Positions 37,692-50,817 of a stretch of DNA of 64,000 nt are shown piece after piece (position 1 is the first letter of the stretch; every line of letters begins with the position of its first letter). Source of the stretch: Octopus sinensis. Taxonomy: Eukaryota. The DNA is taken from the NCBI RefSeq assembly GCF_006345805.1, contig NC_042998.1, forward strand, positions 21,824,001 through 21,888,000, given 5' to 3'. A program made the translations under genes and the position numbers. The notes beneath the pieces are model-generated. The model made no database searches and had not been told where the DNA came from. It worked only from the letters and a program-made list of their open reading frames with translations.

Positions 37692-38099
37692 GAAAAATTC
37701 CGTGTTAATGTTTTTCCTGTAAAGCTGCAAAAGTCTTTGATTACGTTACTTTAGAGTATTCTATAAAAGGTGGGGAAACTTGCTGGTTGACTACTTTCAA
37801 ATCAATGGTTCTGTGTCTAAAATGGAGAGAGAGAAAATGGTGATGGTGGGAGATTTGGTGGAAATGGTATGAAATTAGAGTGAAGAAGAAGACGATGATT
37901 CTGGCTGTAAATGCAGTGCTTTATGAATAAATGTATTTAATATAGCATGACAGCAGCTGGACTGAGTGATTTAAAAGTGAACGAGTGGAGACTGAGTGAC
38001 TAGTCTTGTTACGTTATGAGAGGCTGTGAAAGGGATTTATTAAAGGATGACCTGGAATGAATTCATTAGGTCTTAGACAGGGAGAGAAGACGGTGTGTG
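37692..38099 (+). repeat. ~410-bp duplicated segment, copy 2
   Basis: Direct repeat of 29054-29497. Confidence 0.9.
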
Positions 38100-38853
38100 C
38101 ACAATGGGACACAGTTGGTATTTCATGAGAAAATAGTGTGATTATTATGAGGAGATTAATAGCCAAAATTTTGTAAATAACGGAAGAGAAAATAAGTGTT
38201 ATGTAGTAAGACCCAAAGATCTTAATTGGAGCCTGGTGCAGTCACTGGCTCTCCAGACCTCAGTCAAACCATCCAACACATGCCAGCATGGAAAATGGAT
38301 GTTAAATGATGATGAAGGGCTAGGAGGGTCAATCCAAATAAAATAGGAACCAAAGGAATCCATTGGCTAAAAATGGTTGAGAAACCTCTAGGCCTTGGCA
38401 AAATTGTTACCAAAATGAGCGAAATGCTTAGCAGTATTTCGTACGTCTTTACGTACAGAGTTCAAATTCCATTGAGGTCAGCTCTGCTTTTCATTCTTTC
38501 AGGGTCGATTAAATAAGTACCAGTTGAACACTGGTGTCAATGTAATCTGCCTACCCCCACTCTGAAATAACTGGCTTTGTGTAAAAACTTTACCAGTTGA
38601 ACACTGGTGTCAATGTAATCTGCCTAGCCCCACTCTGAAATAGCTGGCTTTGTGTAAAAACTTGAAACTGATGTTATGTTTATTTTCAGGCCTAAGAATT
38701 GTTAGTGCCAACCACTCCGAAAGTGTAGTGGGTGTTTTTTATGTGTCAGGCATGCCTGGCATTGATCACATTTGGATAGTGCTTTTTACATGCCACCGGT
38801 ACAGGGGCCAGTCAGGGTACTGGCATTGGCCACATACCACCTGACTGCCTATA

Positions 38854-38894
<41 letters not shown>

Positions 38895-40331
38895 TTTCCG
38901 TCTACCAAATCCTCTCACAAAGCTTGGTCGGCCCGAGGCTATAGTAGAAGACACTAACCCACGGTACCATGCATTGGGACTGAACCTGGAACTATGTGGT
39001 TTTAAGCAACTACTTACCACACACCGCCACTCCTATGCCTATATATATAATAATAATAATAATAATATTTAGACTAATAGGTATAAGTCAATTAGTGTGT
39101 TTAAATGTTGAGTAGAGCTCTGGCACAGTTTAGGCTACCTGGTGTCCTCCGTAGGTGTGGTACGGTTCTGTTGGATCTACTTCAGCGGTGTTTAAAAAAT
39201 CATATTATATTTTTATAAATAAATATTGCTAGGGATTGTATAAGAAAAATTAAAATATTTTGTGTACTTTAGAAGTATAACCAATTTTTTGAGCATAAAT
39301 TTTAACAGCAAAATCTTATATGGACTCTTGAAGGTCTCATGGTCACCTATTGAGAACCATTGTTATTGACCAATGTCCAGCCATAAATCTTTCAACAAAA
39401 CTTTTTTTAAAGAATGGTAATAAATAAACTAAAATAAAAAATAAGGCAGTGCTCCAGCATGGCCACAGTCTGCAGACTGAATTCACCAAGAGAATTCAAT
39501 TCAAAGAATAAAAAGATTGGAGATATGTAATAAAATTAAGCTGCCTCGTATCACAAAGGATATATTGTCTTAGAGAAGATCGTATTCTAAGTCCGTCACT
39601 AAGTCGCTAAAACTTATAGAAATCTCTGGAATCACCATTGGTTAGAACTTATACGTAATAAATGGATGAAGATGAAACGAAATTGCACATATTAGAGATA
39701 TAACAAAGATAAAAATCAAATATAAAAATAATATCAAAAATAAGCTTATTTGATGACATGAAACGATGGATGTAATAATATATATAAAGCACTGGGTCTG
39801 AGGTCGTTATTTATAATTAGCTGCGATGAATGTTTTACAATCAATTTTCTGCATGCATGTATACGTATGTATGTATTCTGCACTCTCTCCATTATGTATA
39901 ATGATGTCTGCAGCAGGATTGAGTTTTATGGCAAATATACTTTTATCTTTGTGTTTGTCTAACTGTCTGTTCATATCTTAAAACTTTTGTGAAACTTTTA
40001 TTTTGTAAATTCTCATTTTTCTGAAATAGATGAGCAACTTTAACACATGTGCACACACCACACACATGCACACGCACAACGCACACACACACACACACAT
40101 ACACACACACACACTCTCTCTCTCACATGCACACACTCACACACATGCACACACGTATATAATAAGCTTACATATGCATACATAAATACATTAAAACAAA
40201 ACCTACATGCACATATATATGTATGTATACATCAATCTATCTATCTATCTATCTATCTATCTGTCTATCTATCTATCTGTCTACCTATCTACCTATCTAT
40301 CTATCTATCTATCTATCTATCTGTCTATCTG

Positions 40332-40376
<45 letters not shown>

Positions 40377-40797
40377 ATGACTGTCTGTCTGTCAATATAT
40401 ATTATATGTATAAAGCAGCAATGCACACACACACACATGCATACATACATACATATAGCAAATGAAAGACAGAAGATGGAATATACTAAAATTTATTATT
40501 AATCATGACAATTGTTTCTGGTGGTGGAGATGTATCTCGTTGGGTGATAAATAAATACAACTGTTCTGCAATGTAACTTTCCATTTTGTAAAAAGAAAAG
40601 CAACCAGATGGAGGAAATATCTTCGTTTATATAGAAGATCAAAAATAAAATCACAGATGGCAAAAAGAGAAACGAACATGCAATCCAACAAGAAAAGTAT
40701 TAAAAATAATTGTTAACAGATATGGAGGTGTAAACGCCCTTGGGCAAGCTGCTTGGTGTGAGTACACTCGATCATACAAGCATCCACAAAAAAGTGA

Positions 40798-40962
40798 ACG
40801 TGGCTGTGTGGTAAGTAGCTTGCTTACCAACCACATGGTTCTGGGTTCAGTCCCACTGCGTGGCACCTTGGGCAAGTATCTTCTACTATAGCCTTAGGCT
40901 GACCAAAGCCTTGTGAGTGGATTTGGTAGATGGAAACTGAAAGAAGCCTGTCATATAATATG

Positions 40963-41020
<58 letters not shown>

Positions 41021-41237
41021 GTGTTTATAGTTTTTGTGTCTGTTTGTCCCCCCAACATCGCTTGACAACCAATGCTGGTGTTTACCTCCCCGTAACTTAG
41101 CGGTTTAGCAAAATAGACCAATAGAATAAGTACTAGGCTTTGAAAGAATAAGTGCTGGGGTCGATTTGCTCGACTAAAGGCGGTGCTCCAGCATGGCTGC
41201 AGTCAAATGACTGAAACAGGTAAAAGTGTAAAAGAGA
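40798..41237 (+). mobile_element. SINE family 2, full length
   Basis: CGTGGCTGTGTGGTAAGTAGC...GGGTTCAGTCCCACTGCGTGGCACC...(TA)n...CAGCATGGCTGCAGTCAAATGACTGAAAC. Confidence 0.85.
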
Positions 41238-41329
41238 TGTGCACACGCAAGGCTTAGTGCACTGATGATCACAAAGCGAGTTAGCTATCTACTTGGCGTT
41301 TATAAGAATAGAGAGATTAAAAATAAACT

Positions 41330-41800
41330 GAAGTCATTCATACCTTAAAGTAAATTTAATTAAGTCAACGGTTACTCAAAATTCATTCTCACTGCATTGT
41401 GCGAAAGTACATTTATATGTATGTAGGCATCTCAAGAGTCGTTCAGAAATTCTATTAATGATCTTCTCGTTAGTCGACAGAATGGACAGGTATTCCTTGG
41501 AGCAGAGACAGCATCTCCTGAAAATTATATTATATGGTTTCGCATATCTTACGATGGACCAATTAATGCTGCACTTCATTTTATCCTCCTTCAGTCGCCA
41601 TACAAAATCTACCAAAGCTGGCAACATGGTTACGATAATGATTCTTAAATGAATCAGCCATCTGCCCAATGTAAACATACAGCCCCCCACTTTGTGTGCA
41701 CAGTACATTTATATACAAGATTTGTACTCGTACAGAGATTCATCAAAGGACATTTTGATTTTTCTCTGCATGAGTATTTATCATATTTATTTGTATAAAA
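41330..41800 (-). mobile_element. PLE GIY-YIG endonuclease remnant (lineage distinct from 14278)
   Basis: KYSCREKSKCPLMNLCTSTNLVYKCTVH...YIGQMADSFKNHYRNH...FVWRLKEDKMKCSINWSIVRYAKPYNIIFRRCCLCSKEYLSIL...IINRISERLLRCLH, the CPL..C..VY..YIG..FK.RY.NH..W.I..A.PY..RC.LC..E..CRH signature. Confidence 0.85.
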
Positions 41801-42435
41801 GGCAGTCCCGACTGCATTTACTGGCATTTATTTTCCATTATACATACATACATATATATATTCCAAAAAAGGTGACAAAGAAAGAGATTGGCACTACTTT
41901 AATGACCAGTTACAATTGTTTCTGTATTACTCCATTTTTAACTCCGTTGTACACAAACATTCCATGTGAGAAGTTATGCAATATTTGCCATTTTAAGCAT
42001 TTGAGTGGCACTTCATCTGAATTGCATTAAACAATTGTGCTCTTACTTAGTGCATCTGCCAAGTGTTGCATTTTGTTTATACGGGAAGAAAGGAGAAATA
42101 TAAATAATGGTAAAAATAAAATTATGAAATACTGGACAGGCCACAGACAATAGTAATACCAAAACAGGCAAAGGTATGGTTGGAAAAAGATGAATGAATA
42201 GGGAGAAGAACAAAAAGGATAAAAATGGTGAGGTAAGCTCATCATTCATAATGACCATCCAATGACCATAAGAAAACTGACCATAAGATAAGGGTATGAT
42301 GATGATGATAGTTATGCACATACAGAGATATGTCTATGCACTACTACATATACATATATACATCATCATCAATGTCATTACTTAACATTCATTTTCCATG
42401 CTGGCATGGGTTGGATGGTTCAGCAGGAACTGGCA

Positions 42436-42650
42436 CCGCCCAAGAATTTGGACCTGGAGATCTCCATTTCCAGCAACTTCGAGGGCCACCTCCCAGTGGT
42501 GTCAGGCGTCAATGAAGAGCCCTGGACTAGAACAAGACGACCAAAGTTTTTTTTTTTTTTTTTGCAAGGTCTGGGGTCTCCTGCCCCTAAGCCCTAGACC
42601 ATCACCTAATCACCCTTACCCGTCTTGTTGCTTAACAACAACAACAACAG
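42436..42650 (+). mobile_element. 215-bp retroposed insert with (AAC)n tail and 15-bp TSD
   Basis: TSD CAGCAGGAACTGGCA at 42421-35 and 42651-65, inside a family 3 tail. Confidence 0.75.
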
Positions 42651-43417
42651 CAGCAGGAACTGGCAAAGCCAGGAGCTGCACCGGCTTCCAGTCTGATTTG
42701 GCATGGTTTCTACTGCAGGATGCTCTTCCTAACACCAACCACTTTACAGAGTGTGCTGGGTTCTTTATATGTGTGTGTGTATGTGTGTGAGAGAGCATCT
42801 GTGTGAGTGGTGATGCATCTAGTTCGGCAGCATCAGTTTTCTGCAATACTTAAAGAAATAAAAACGATTAACATTATTTTGATCGGCCAAAATTAATCAG
42901 GAATTTTGTTCCCATCCCCACCCCCGTCAACCCACTCCCCTCACCCCACAAAAATATGTACCACGTATTTCTATGTTTTAGAGATTGATTGTCATAAACT
43001 CTACAGAAGCTCAAGTATCATGGCAGCCCGGGGGGCAGGGGGAGTTTCACGTATTGATACCCATACATCCACAGCAATATATTATTAATACATGCGATTG
43101 TATTTATGTATATTTATGCTGAATGCTTTTTATTTACTATTTGATTCAATTACCAAGAAAATAATAGTATTAATAATAATAATAATAATAATAATAACAA
43201 TAATAAAACACATGTATTCACAAAACAGGATTAATCTTGTATTAAACTTGTCAATAGGGAAATCTGATGAATATGTGAATTGAAACTCACCCTCCTCCAG
43301 GGCTCTCATATACATTCTCCTTGTGTACACATGCATCAAGTTGCTTAAAAAATATCTGTACAAATACCTATATGTATGTGTGTGTGTATGTGAATATATG
43401 TGTGTATGTGTATGTGA

Positions 43418-43454
<37 letters not shown>

Positions 43455-43529
43455 CTAAAAAGATACACACACATACGTAATTATATATAAAATTAAAGGG
43501 AGCAAATCATGCACACAAACGAACAGCTA

Positions 43530-43578
<49 letters not shown>

Positions 43579-44004
43579 ATGACGATATATATATACATAC
43601 ATATACACACACAAACGTGTGTACACACAGTTCAAATCTATCTATGTGTCAATATATCTATCTAGTTCTCTCTCTTTCTATCTGTCTATCCATCCATCCA
43701 TCCTTCCTTCCTTCCTTCCTTCCTTCCTTCCATCCATCCATCCATCCATCCATCCATCCATCCATCCATCTCCCTATCTATTACACCTCGTAGTCATGTT
43801 CTTATTTGCTTACATAGGTAAATGATTCGTATTGAGTGTAATTGAGTTTTCAAATTATTCTACATTTCAATTGTACTATTTGCAAGAATGAATTTTTTTC
43901 CTTAGCGCCAATCATGATTGCATTAACAGGAACACATGTATACAGGCCTAACTATCTGTTTTTTTTATCCATTTTTATTTATATATATTTATATACATAC
44001 TCAC

Positions 44005-44067
<63 letters not shown>

Positions 44068-44074
44068 ATAACAA

Positions 44075-44350
44075 TTTAACAAATAAAACGTATGCCTACA
44101 TTCATACATACATACATATATGTACATACCTACATCTATATGTATATATATATATATGAGTACAGGACACCACAAATAAATGTAGAACACAACGAGAAAC
44201 GAAGACATAAAAACAAACAAGGAAATGAACTTTTTTTTAACAACGAAAAAAACAGAGTGCAAGACAAACAATACAAGGAATATTCCCCTTCATCAGCTGC
44301 CCCTGGTTCGACTCAATGCGTGTTTCGAAGGTATATAGCTGGTACCGTGT
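44075..44350 (-). mobile_element. (TA)n-anchored repeat family D, longer copy
   Basis: Homologous to 12935-13155; extends into CCTTCGAAAC...CTGATGAAGG on the minus strand. Confidence 0.6.
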
Positions 44351-44571
44351 ATTATGTATATCAATGTGCATATTTGTGTATGTGCACATATATGTATGCA
44401 TTTTGTGTGTGTGTGTGTATGAATGTATTTTGTAGTGTGTTTGTAAGTGGGTTTTACGTGCATGTAAATCAACTCTAAGTAGCATGAGCAAACAAAAAAC
44501 AAAAGCAAAACCCAAAAATATTTTTTTAAAAATCCTCCAATTCCTATGTAAATCATGAAGTATATATTTAA

Positions 44572-44967
44572 CTAGCAGTATCGCCTGGCGTTGCTTGGGT
44601 TTCTAAGGGAAATAACTATATAAGCATTTTTAGAGATGTAAAGTATAATAGCCATCTCAATATGGTTAACCACAAAGAGGGTGTGTTACTGTAGCTTTTT
44701 ACGTTCTGAGATTTAATAATAAATTTTTAGTGAGTTACTTCCCTTATATATGCCAAAAATGCATTAAAAATGGGAAAAATTGATGGTAAATTGTTTTAAA
44801 AATCATAGACTCATCGTAGATGCGCGCTAATACCCAGAAGGGCTCGATATGAATCACGACTATAAGATACCCGGTTTTGGTTAAACTGCACCGCAAAGTG
44901 TGGGAGTTGTTAGGAATCTAAATTGTAGGAAACAGACATCACACAACCTCACTTTTATATATAAAGA
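44572..44967 (-). mobile_element. Non-autonomous Helitron
   Basis: Minus strand A|TCTTTATATATAAAAG ... CCCAAGCAACGCCAGGCGATACTGCTAG|T: 5' TC, 3' CTAG, subterminal GC-rich hairpin remnant, A|T insertion site without TSD. Confidence 0.8.
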
Positions 44968-45111
44968 TATGTCGTGTTATAGTTCCAGCTGACACAATTC
45001 TGTCATGCAGTGTTTCTACTTATTTATTCATAAATATTCCTCAGAAGGGAGTAACTGATGGAGCAGCTACCCCTCATGATCTGTCTCAGTATATCTGACA
45101 CATTATCTTCT

Positions 45112-45332
45112 GTTCTATATTTAAGAGATGAGGAGTTATGCATATTATTTACATTATTTTCATTTGACGGATATTTGTCCTTCTCTTGTTTGTTGTTAAC
45201 ACAACAGTTCAGCTGATATACCCTCCAGCCTTCATCAGGTGTCTTAGGGAAATGTCGAACCTGGGTTCTCATTCCTTCGGTATTTTTCGATGTTATTATT
45301 ATTATTATTCAGGTCACTACTTGAAATCAAAC
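45112..45332 (-). mobile_element. Reverse copy of the hammerhead-bearing tRNA SINE (head truncated at the B box)
   Basis: GTTTGATTTCAAGTAGTGACCTG-(AAT)n-...GACAC-CTGATGA-A-GGCTG-GAGGGTATAT-CAGCT-GAACTGTT-GTGTT (45198-45243). Confidence 0.75.
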
Positions 45333-45436
45333 ATGCATCTGTCTGTGTGTCTATCTGCCTGTCTATCTGTCTGTGCCTGACTATCTATCGAGCAATCTAT
45401 ATTTCTATCTGTATCCTCCTATCTGTCTGTCTGTCT

Positions 45437-45470
<34 letters not shown>

Positions 45471-45773
45471 GTCTAACTACCTATATACCTACCTACCTAC
45501 CTACCTACCTACCTATCTATCTATCTATCTTTTTTCTTTTTTTTTTCCCTTTTACGATCCTTTTTGATCGAAAACCTACGCCACTTTTTTTTTGTTTCTT
45601 TTGTTTTCTGTTTTTTTTTTGTTTTTTTCATTCCCCAAAAGAAAAGCTCTACCTTGTAATTTGTCCCATCTGTGTGCAGCCCTGTGTGGCCAATAAAGAA
45701 ACTTATCTATCTATCTATCTATTTAATTGTCTGTCTGTCTGTCTGTCTTTATCTATCTGTCTGTCTTCATCTA

Positions 45774-45804
<31 letters not shown>

Positions 45805-46113
45805 TTATCTGTTTGTCTGTCTGTCTCTCAGTCTGTCTGCATGTCCGCATGTCTTTCACTCTGCCTACATGTCTATTTGCTTGCCTACACAACTTTCTGT
45901 CCCCTACTGCAACAATAATCATATATCCATCATCATCATTGACATCGTCACCATCATCATCAATGTTCCTTATATAGTTAAATCTTTCTTAATACGGTAC
46001 CCTCCACTCTGCTACTGGTAATAAAGGTTTATATCCATTAGCACATTCTGATTGTATTACATTCGTACATACATATATAACTTCATATATATATATATCT
46101 TATACATACATAC

Positions 46114-46144
<31 letters not shown>

Positions 46145-47816
46145 TTGTTGTGCAAGATTTATTGGCTAAACTGGCAAAATGACCATTCTGAAATATAACA
46201 ATATATATATATATATATTATATATATATATATACATACATATATCTTATATATATATATACATACATATATCTTATACATATATATATATATACACATA
46301 TCTTATAAATATACATTTTATACATATATATATATACATATCTTATAAATATACATTGTATACATATATATATATCATATACATATACACACAACCACAG
46401 CAATACATAAAAGCAATTTGCAATTTCATTCAAAATATGTGTGCATATATTTCTATATCTATGTTTGTGTTTGAATGGATGTATATATACGTACACACAC
46501 ACACACAGACAGACACTACAGTCTTGCACATACACACATGTACACCCATAACCCCACTCAGAGACACAATTTCATTATATAGTCTGTAACGTCAATGTTT
46601 ACATACTGGCCCTGAGTACCATGCATTTGTGAATCTATTCTGTAATGCAATCAGAACGAGCCAGTCTTTATAAGTGATCGCTGACACCAGTGTTTAGCAA
46701 GTTTAAACAATATTTTATTGGAAAATCTCTTCTCTTAAATTGATTATTACACAGCAAATCAAAAAAATGCAAGAATTAGAGGTTTTTCCTTTGGAATGGT
46801 GTGTATCTACAAGAACCAACAGTTTATGCTGTCTAAGTGTTACCAATTACCATGGTAAGCTGGCAGAATTGTTAGTACGTCGAGCAAAAGGCTTAATGGT
46901 ATTTTGTTTATTTCTATGTTCTGAGTTCAAATTCCCACTGTGGTTGACTTTGGCTTTTATCCTTTTGGGGGGTCGATAAAGTAATTACTAGTGGCTGTGT
47001 GGTAAGTAGCTTGCTTACCAATCACATGGTCCTGGGTTCAGTCCCTCTGTGTGGCACCTTGGGCAAGTGACTTCTACCATAGCTTCGGGCCAACCAAAGC
47101 TTCGGGCCAACCAAAGCTTTGTCAGTGGATTTTGTAGACAGAAACTGAAAGAAACCTATTGTGTGTATATATATATATGTGGCTGTGTCGTAAGTAGCTT
47201 GCTTACCAACCACATGGTTCTGGGTTCAGTCCCACTGCTTGGGCAAGTGTCTTCTACTATAGCCTCAGGCTGACCATAGCTTTATGAGGGGATTTGATAG
47301 ATGGAAACTGAAAGAATTCTGTTGTGTGTGTATGTATGTTTGTGTGTCTGTGTTTGTCCCCCCACCATCGCTTGACAACTGATGCTGGTGTGTTTATGTC
47401 CCCATAACTTAGCGGTTCGGCAAAAGAGACCCATAGAATAAGTACTTGGCTTACAAAGAATAAGTCCTAGGGTCGATTTGTTTGACTAAAGGCAGTGCTC
47501 CAGTATAGCCGCAGTCAAATGACTGAAACAAATAAAATAATTACCAGTGGCGCACTGGGGTTGAGGCAATTGACATACTCTCTTCCCCAAAGTTGCTGGC
47601 CTTCTACCAAAATTCGAAACCGTTATTATTATCATTATTGTAAGGTGGAGAGTTAGAAGAATCATTAGCACACACCAATGATGGTCTTCTTTCAGTTTCT
47701 GAATACCAAGGTTTTCTGACTCTCAAGTCTTTGATTTGCCCAGGGCTATAGCAGAAGGTGCCATGCGGTGAGACTGAACCCAAAGCACAGGATTTAGAAA
47801 CCAGCCTCACAACTAT

Positions 47817-47893
<77 letters not shown>

Positions 47894-47944
47894 TATTATT
47901 ATTATTATTGTTGTTGTTGTTGTTGTTGTTGTTATCCTTATTGT

Positions 47945-48466
47945 TATTGAGTGAGAGAGCAGTGCATGCCATCAAAGTGACACTGGGGTAGAATATACGA
48001 AGCCCAGTATACCCATCGTGACTACTCATCTGATAAGGGTACACTAGGCACATGCATCACAACCATATGTGCGTGACATGGTGATCTTATATCAAGATAA
48101 ACAGCGCATGACCTTGCAGGTGGGGCCCAGTTAGAATTTTCTTTTGGTTGAGTAGCCCATTGTTGAACAATCCACCCATGTTTCCAAAGGTGAATTATCT
48201 AAACCTCCAAGAATTCCTTTCAACACATGGCTGTGATGCTCCCCCACTTCTTCTGCTCGTGATCGGAGATGCACATATCATCAGCCACTAAGGGACATGC
48301 TCAACTTGTTACGGTCAAACAACTGACAAGCAAATCTGTGGTATTGAGCAGAATATTTGCTGTAGTTCATCTTTAATACCAAGACAAAACAATGTACATG
48401 ATAACACTTCCAATCAGTTAAGATCAGAAGCCATGTGAACCACTGCCTGGTACTGCATCAGGGCAT
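47945..48466 (-). mobile_element. Second copy of the 9068-9633 repeat
   Basis: Reverse complement matches 9068-9633 along most of its length. Confidence 0.65.
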
Positions 48467-49031
48467 TTATTATTATTATTATTATTATTATTATAAATCC
48501 TTAAGATAACGATCACAAGTGTTTATTTACTCTTAAGTTTTAAAACTAAAAAGTCAAATTACACAGCATTTGCCCCCAGGATGATTATGGTAATAATTAC
48601 AATGATTACAGTGATTTAAATATTTAACTCTTTTGTTCCTTATATGACACCTTAAGTGGTGTACTAGTTATTACTTCTGATAGGATTATCCATTTGTCTA
48701 TAGAATTCACATAACGGTTGATTTAATTATACATGTACTGCTTCAATTAATTCATTTGAAGCTTAGAGCTGAACCTCATTTTGTATCTGATGCATTATAA
48801 ACTCTAATTGAAGATCAGAATTCCTGCTGCACTCTGATGCAACAGTGGTATGCTTGTAAATAAATTAGTTATATGCCGTTTAGAAGGTGAGCACTCTGCA
48901 GTGGATTTTAACACCTGATGAATCATAACTATAACTCAGTCTTGATTAACAGTTCAAATCGTTCCATCTAATTAACTAACAAACATGAAGGCCATACAAC
49001 CATCTCCTTTTTTTTTTTATCCTCTTCTCAG

Positions 49032-49090
49032 ATTTACTCAACCATTTGGTATCTCTCAGGGACAGCGGTCTTTTTCATATTCTGCAAGAA
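49032..49090 (+). CDS. Candidate exon of an unidentified gene
   Basis: Strong acceptor (T)12ATCCTCTTCTCAG, weak donor GTACTT; all three frames open (IYSTIWYLSGTAVFFIFCK, DLLNHLVSLRDSGLFHILQE, FTQPFGISQGQRSFSYSAR). Confidence 0.2.
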
Positions 49091-50136
49091 GTACTTCTGA
49101 TTTTAACCTATAAACTTCAATCCTAATAAATGAAGGGCTGGAGAGGTAGAATTACCAAAATCAATTTGCCGAGAATGTGGCATAAAACCAACCCAAAGAA
49201 CCAGGCATCAGTGATGCAATCAAGCTGATAGTAAATTACTTCATTTCTCTTTGGATTTAACTAATTACGGATTCTATCGAAATGTCTTGGACAAGGTCAT
49301 TTGGATGATTTGCTCATTAAGTTCTGCCAAAAGTCTTGTAACTCTATTGATACAAACCTGCCTGAGATCATCGCTTGTACCAGGGGTTCTGAACCAAGGT
49401 CTTGGGGGTTCTTATATGATTTTGTTACTTAAGTTTATGTGCAAAAAATTGGTTAAATTTCTACAGTACGTAAAATATTTTAACAATTTCTTTTTGTACA
49501 ATTCCTAATAATATTTAAGGCGAAGGTAAAGAATATGCACACCACTCGTTTTTGGCCCTTAGGGTTATGGCTATGTTGAAAAAGGGTGGTGTGTGTATTC
49601 TTTACCTCTGCCATATTTAATTATAAAAATAGAATAGGAATTTTTTAAAGATTGAACAGTTGTCAGGGTCTAGCAGAGTAAAAGAGGAATCAGAGGGGTC
49701 CATAGGTAAAAACGGTTCCTAAGACATAGAATCATTCGCAGGTTGAACAGAGCTTGGTGATAATTTTCTGGTTCTTTACATTCTTAGTTCAAATACTGCG
49801 GAGGTCAACTTTACTTTTTTTGTCTACATGGGGTCAATAAAACAAAGTACTGTTCAAAGAACAGGGGCCAATGTAATCAACTTACTCCTTGCTCTAAGAT
49901 TGCTGGCTTTGTACCAAAATTTGAAACCATTATACAAATGTTCTGTTTTAAAGTAACTTAGATTTAAATTGATCCATCGAAATTCCATGGTAATTTATAT
50001 TCCAAACATTAGCATCATATAACCGTTATTTTACTTAATTCTTCATTATTTTCAAAGTTAACTGAAACAAGTTTGGTATATTTCAACAGAAGTCAATCAT
50101 CATCATCATCATCATCATTTAATATCCATTTTCCAT

Positions 50137-50276
50137 GCTAGCATGGGTTGGACGGTTCGACCGGGGTCTGGTAAGCCGTGGAGGTTGCACCAGTCTCCAG
50201 TCTGATTTGGCAGTGGAGACTGGTGCAGCCTCCACAGCTTACCAGACCCCGGTCGAACCGTCCAACACATTCTAGC
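50137..50276. repeat. Fold-back of a family 3 tail (~63-bp arms, 14-nt loop)
   Basis: GCTAGCATGGGTTGGACGGTTCGACCGGGGTCTGGTAAGCCGTGGAGGTTGCACCAGTCTCCA pairs with 50214-50276. Confidence 0.85.
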
Positions 50277-50766
50277 AAGTAAAAGCTATGGTAACAAAAG
50301 GGTTAAGCTAAATAATTCAAGCTTGAGATTTGTGGTATTTATGCCTTTCCCAAGGACAACCTTAATACGCAAGAAGTGAAGTTAGTACAGTCAGGAATTG
50401 AAACTAGATTGCACACTAAGTTTGTTCAGGAATTTACTTCCTCTTTCATGACACTTTAACTATGTCTGTGTCGGAAATAACATATATTTTAGTAAGTAAG
50501 TATTGTGAAGTAGCACCGAGTTCTTAGCAGAGAAATTCACTGAATTAGCTTTGATTCCAAGTCAGAATGACTTCACTTCACTTCATTCGAACATTACTAA
50601 CATTTTTGAGAAGGTCATGACCATTCTTAATATCCCATTTCCCTTCATTTAAATACCTATGGCTTCATGTCTACATAAGAAATGCATTAATATATTCAGG
50701 CTTGAGCTAACATTTATTATTTTTTTTACCAGTTCCACCAACATATTTACTTGTACTTATTTTCAG

Positions 50767-50817
50767 AATTCTGAGTCACAGAATATTTAAGTTACTCATA
50801 GCAGGAATTAAACTTTG
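50767..50817 (+). CDS. Candidate 51-nt exon of an unidentified gene
   Basis: Acceptor TACTTGTACTTATTTTCAG and donor GTAAAT; single open frame ILSHRIFKLLIAGIKL. Confidence 0.22.

Noticed and set aside
48887-48889. 3-nt microexon AAG between TTTAG and GTGAGC
   Set aside because: Poor polypyrimidine tract; expected by chance without transcript data
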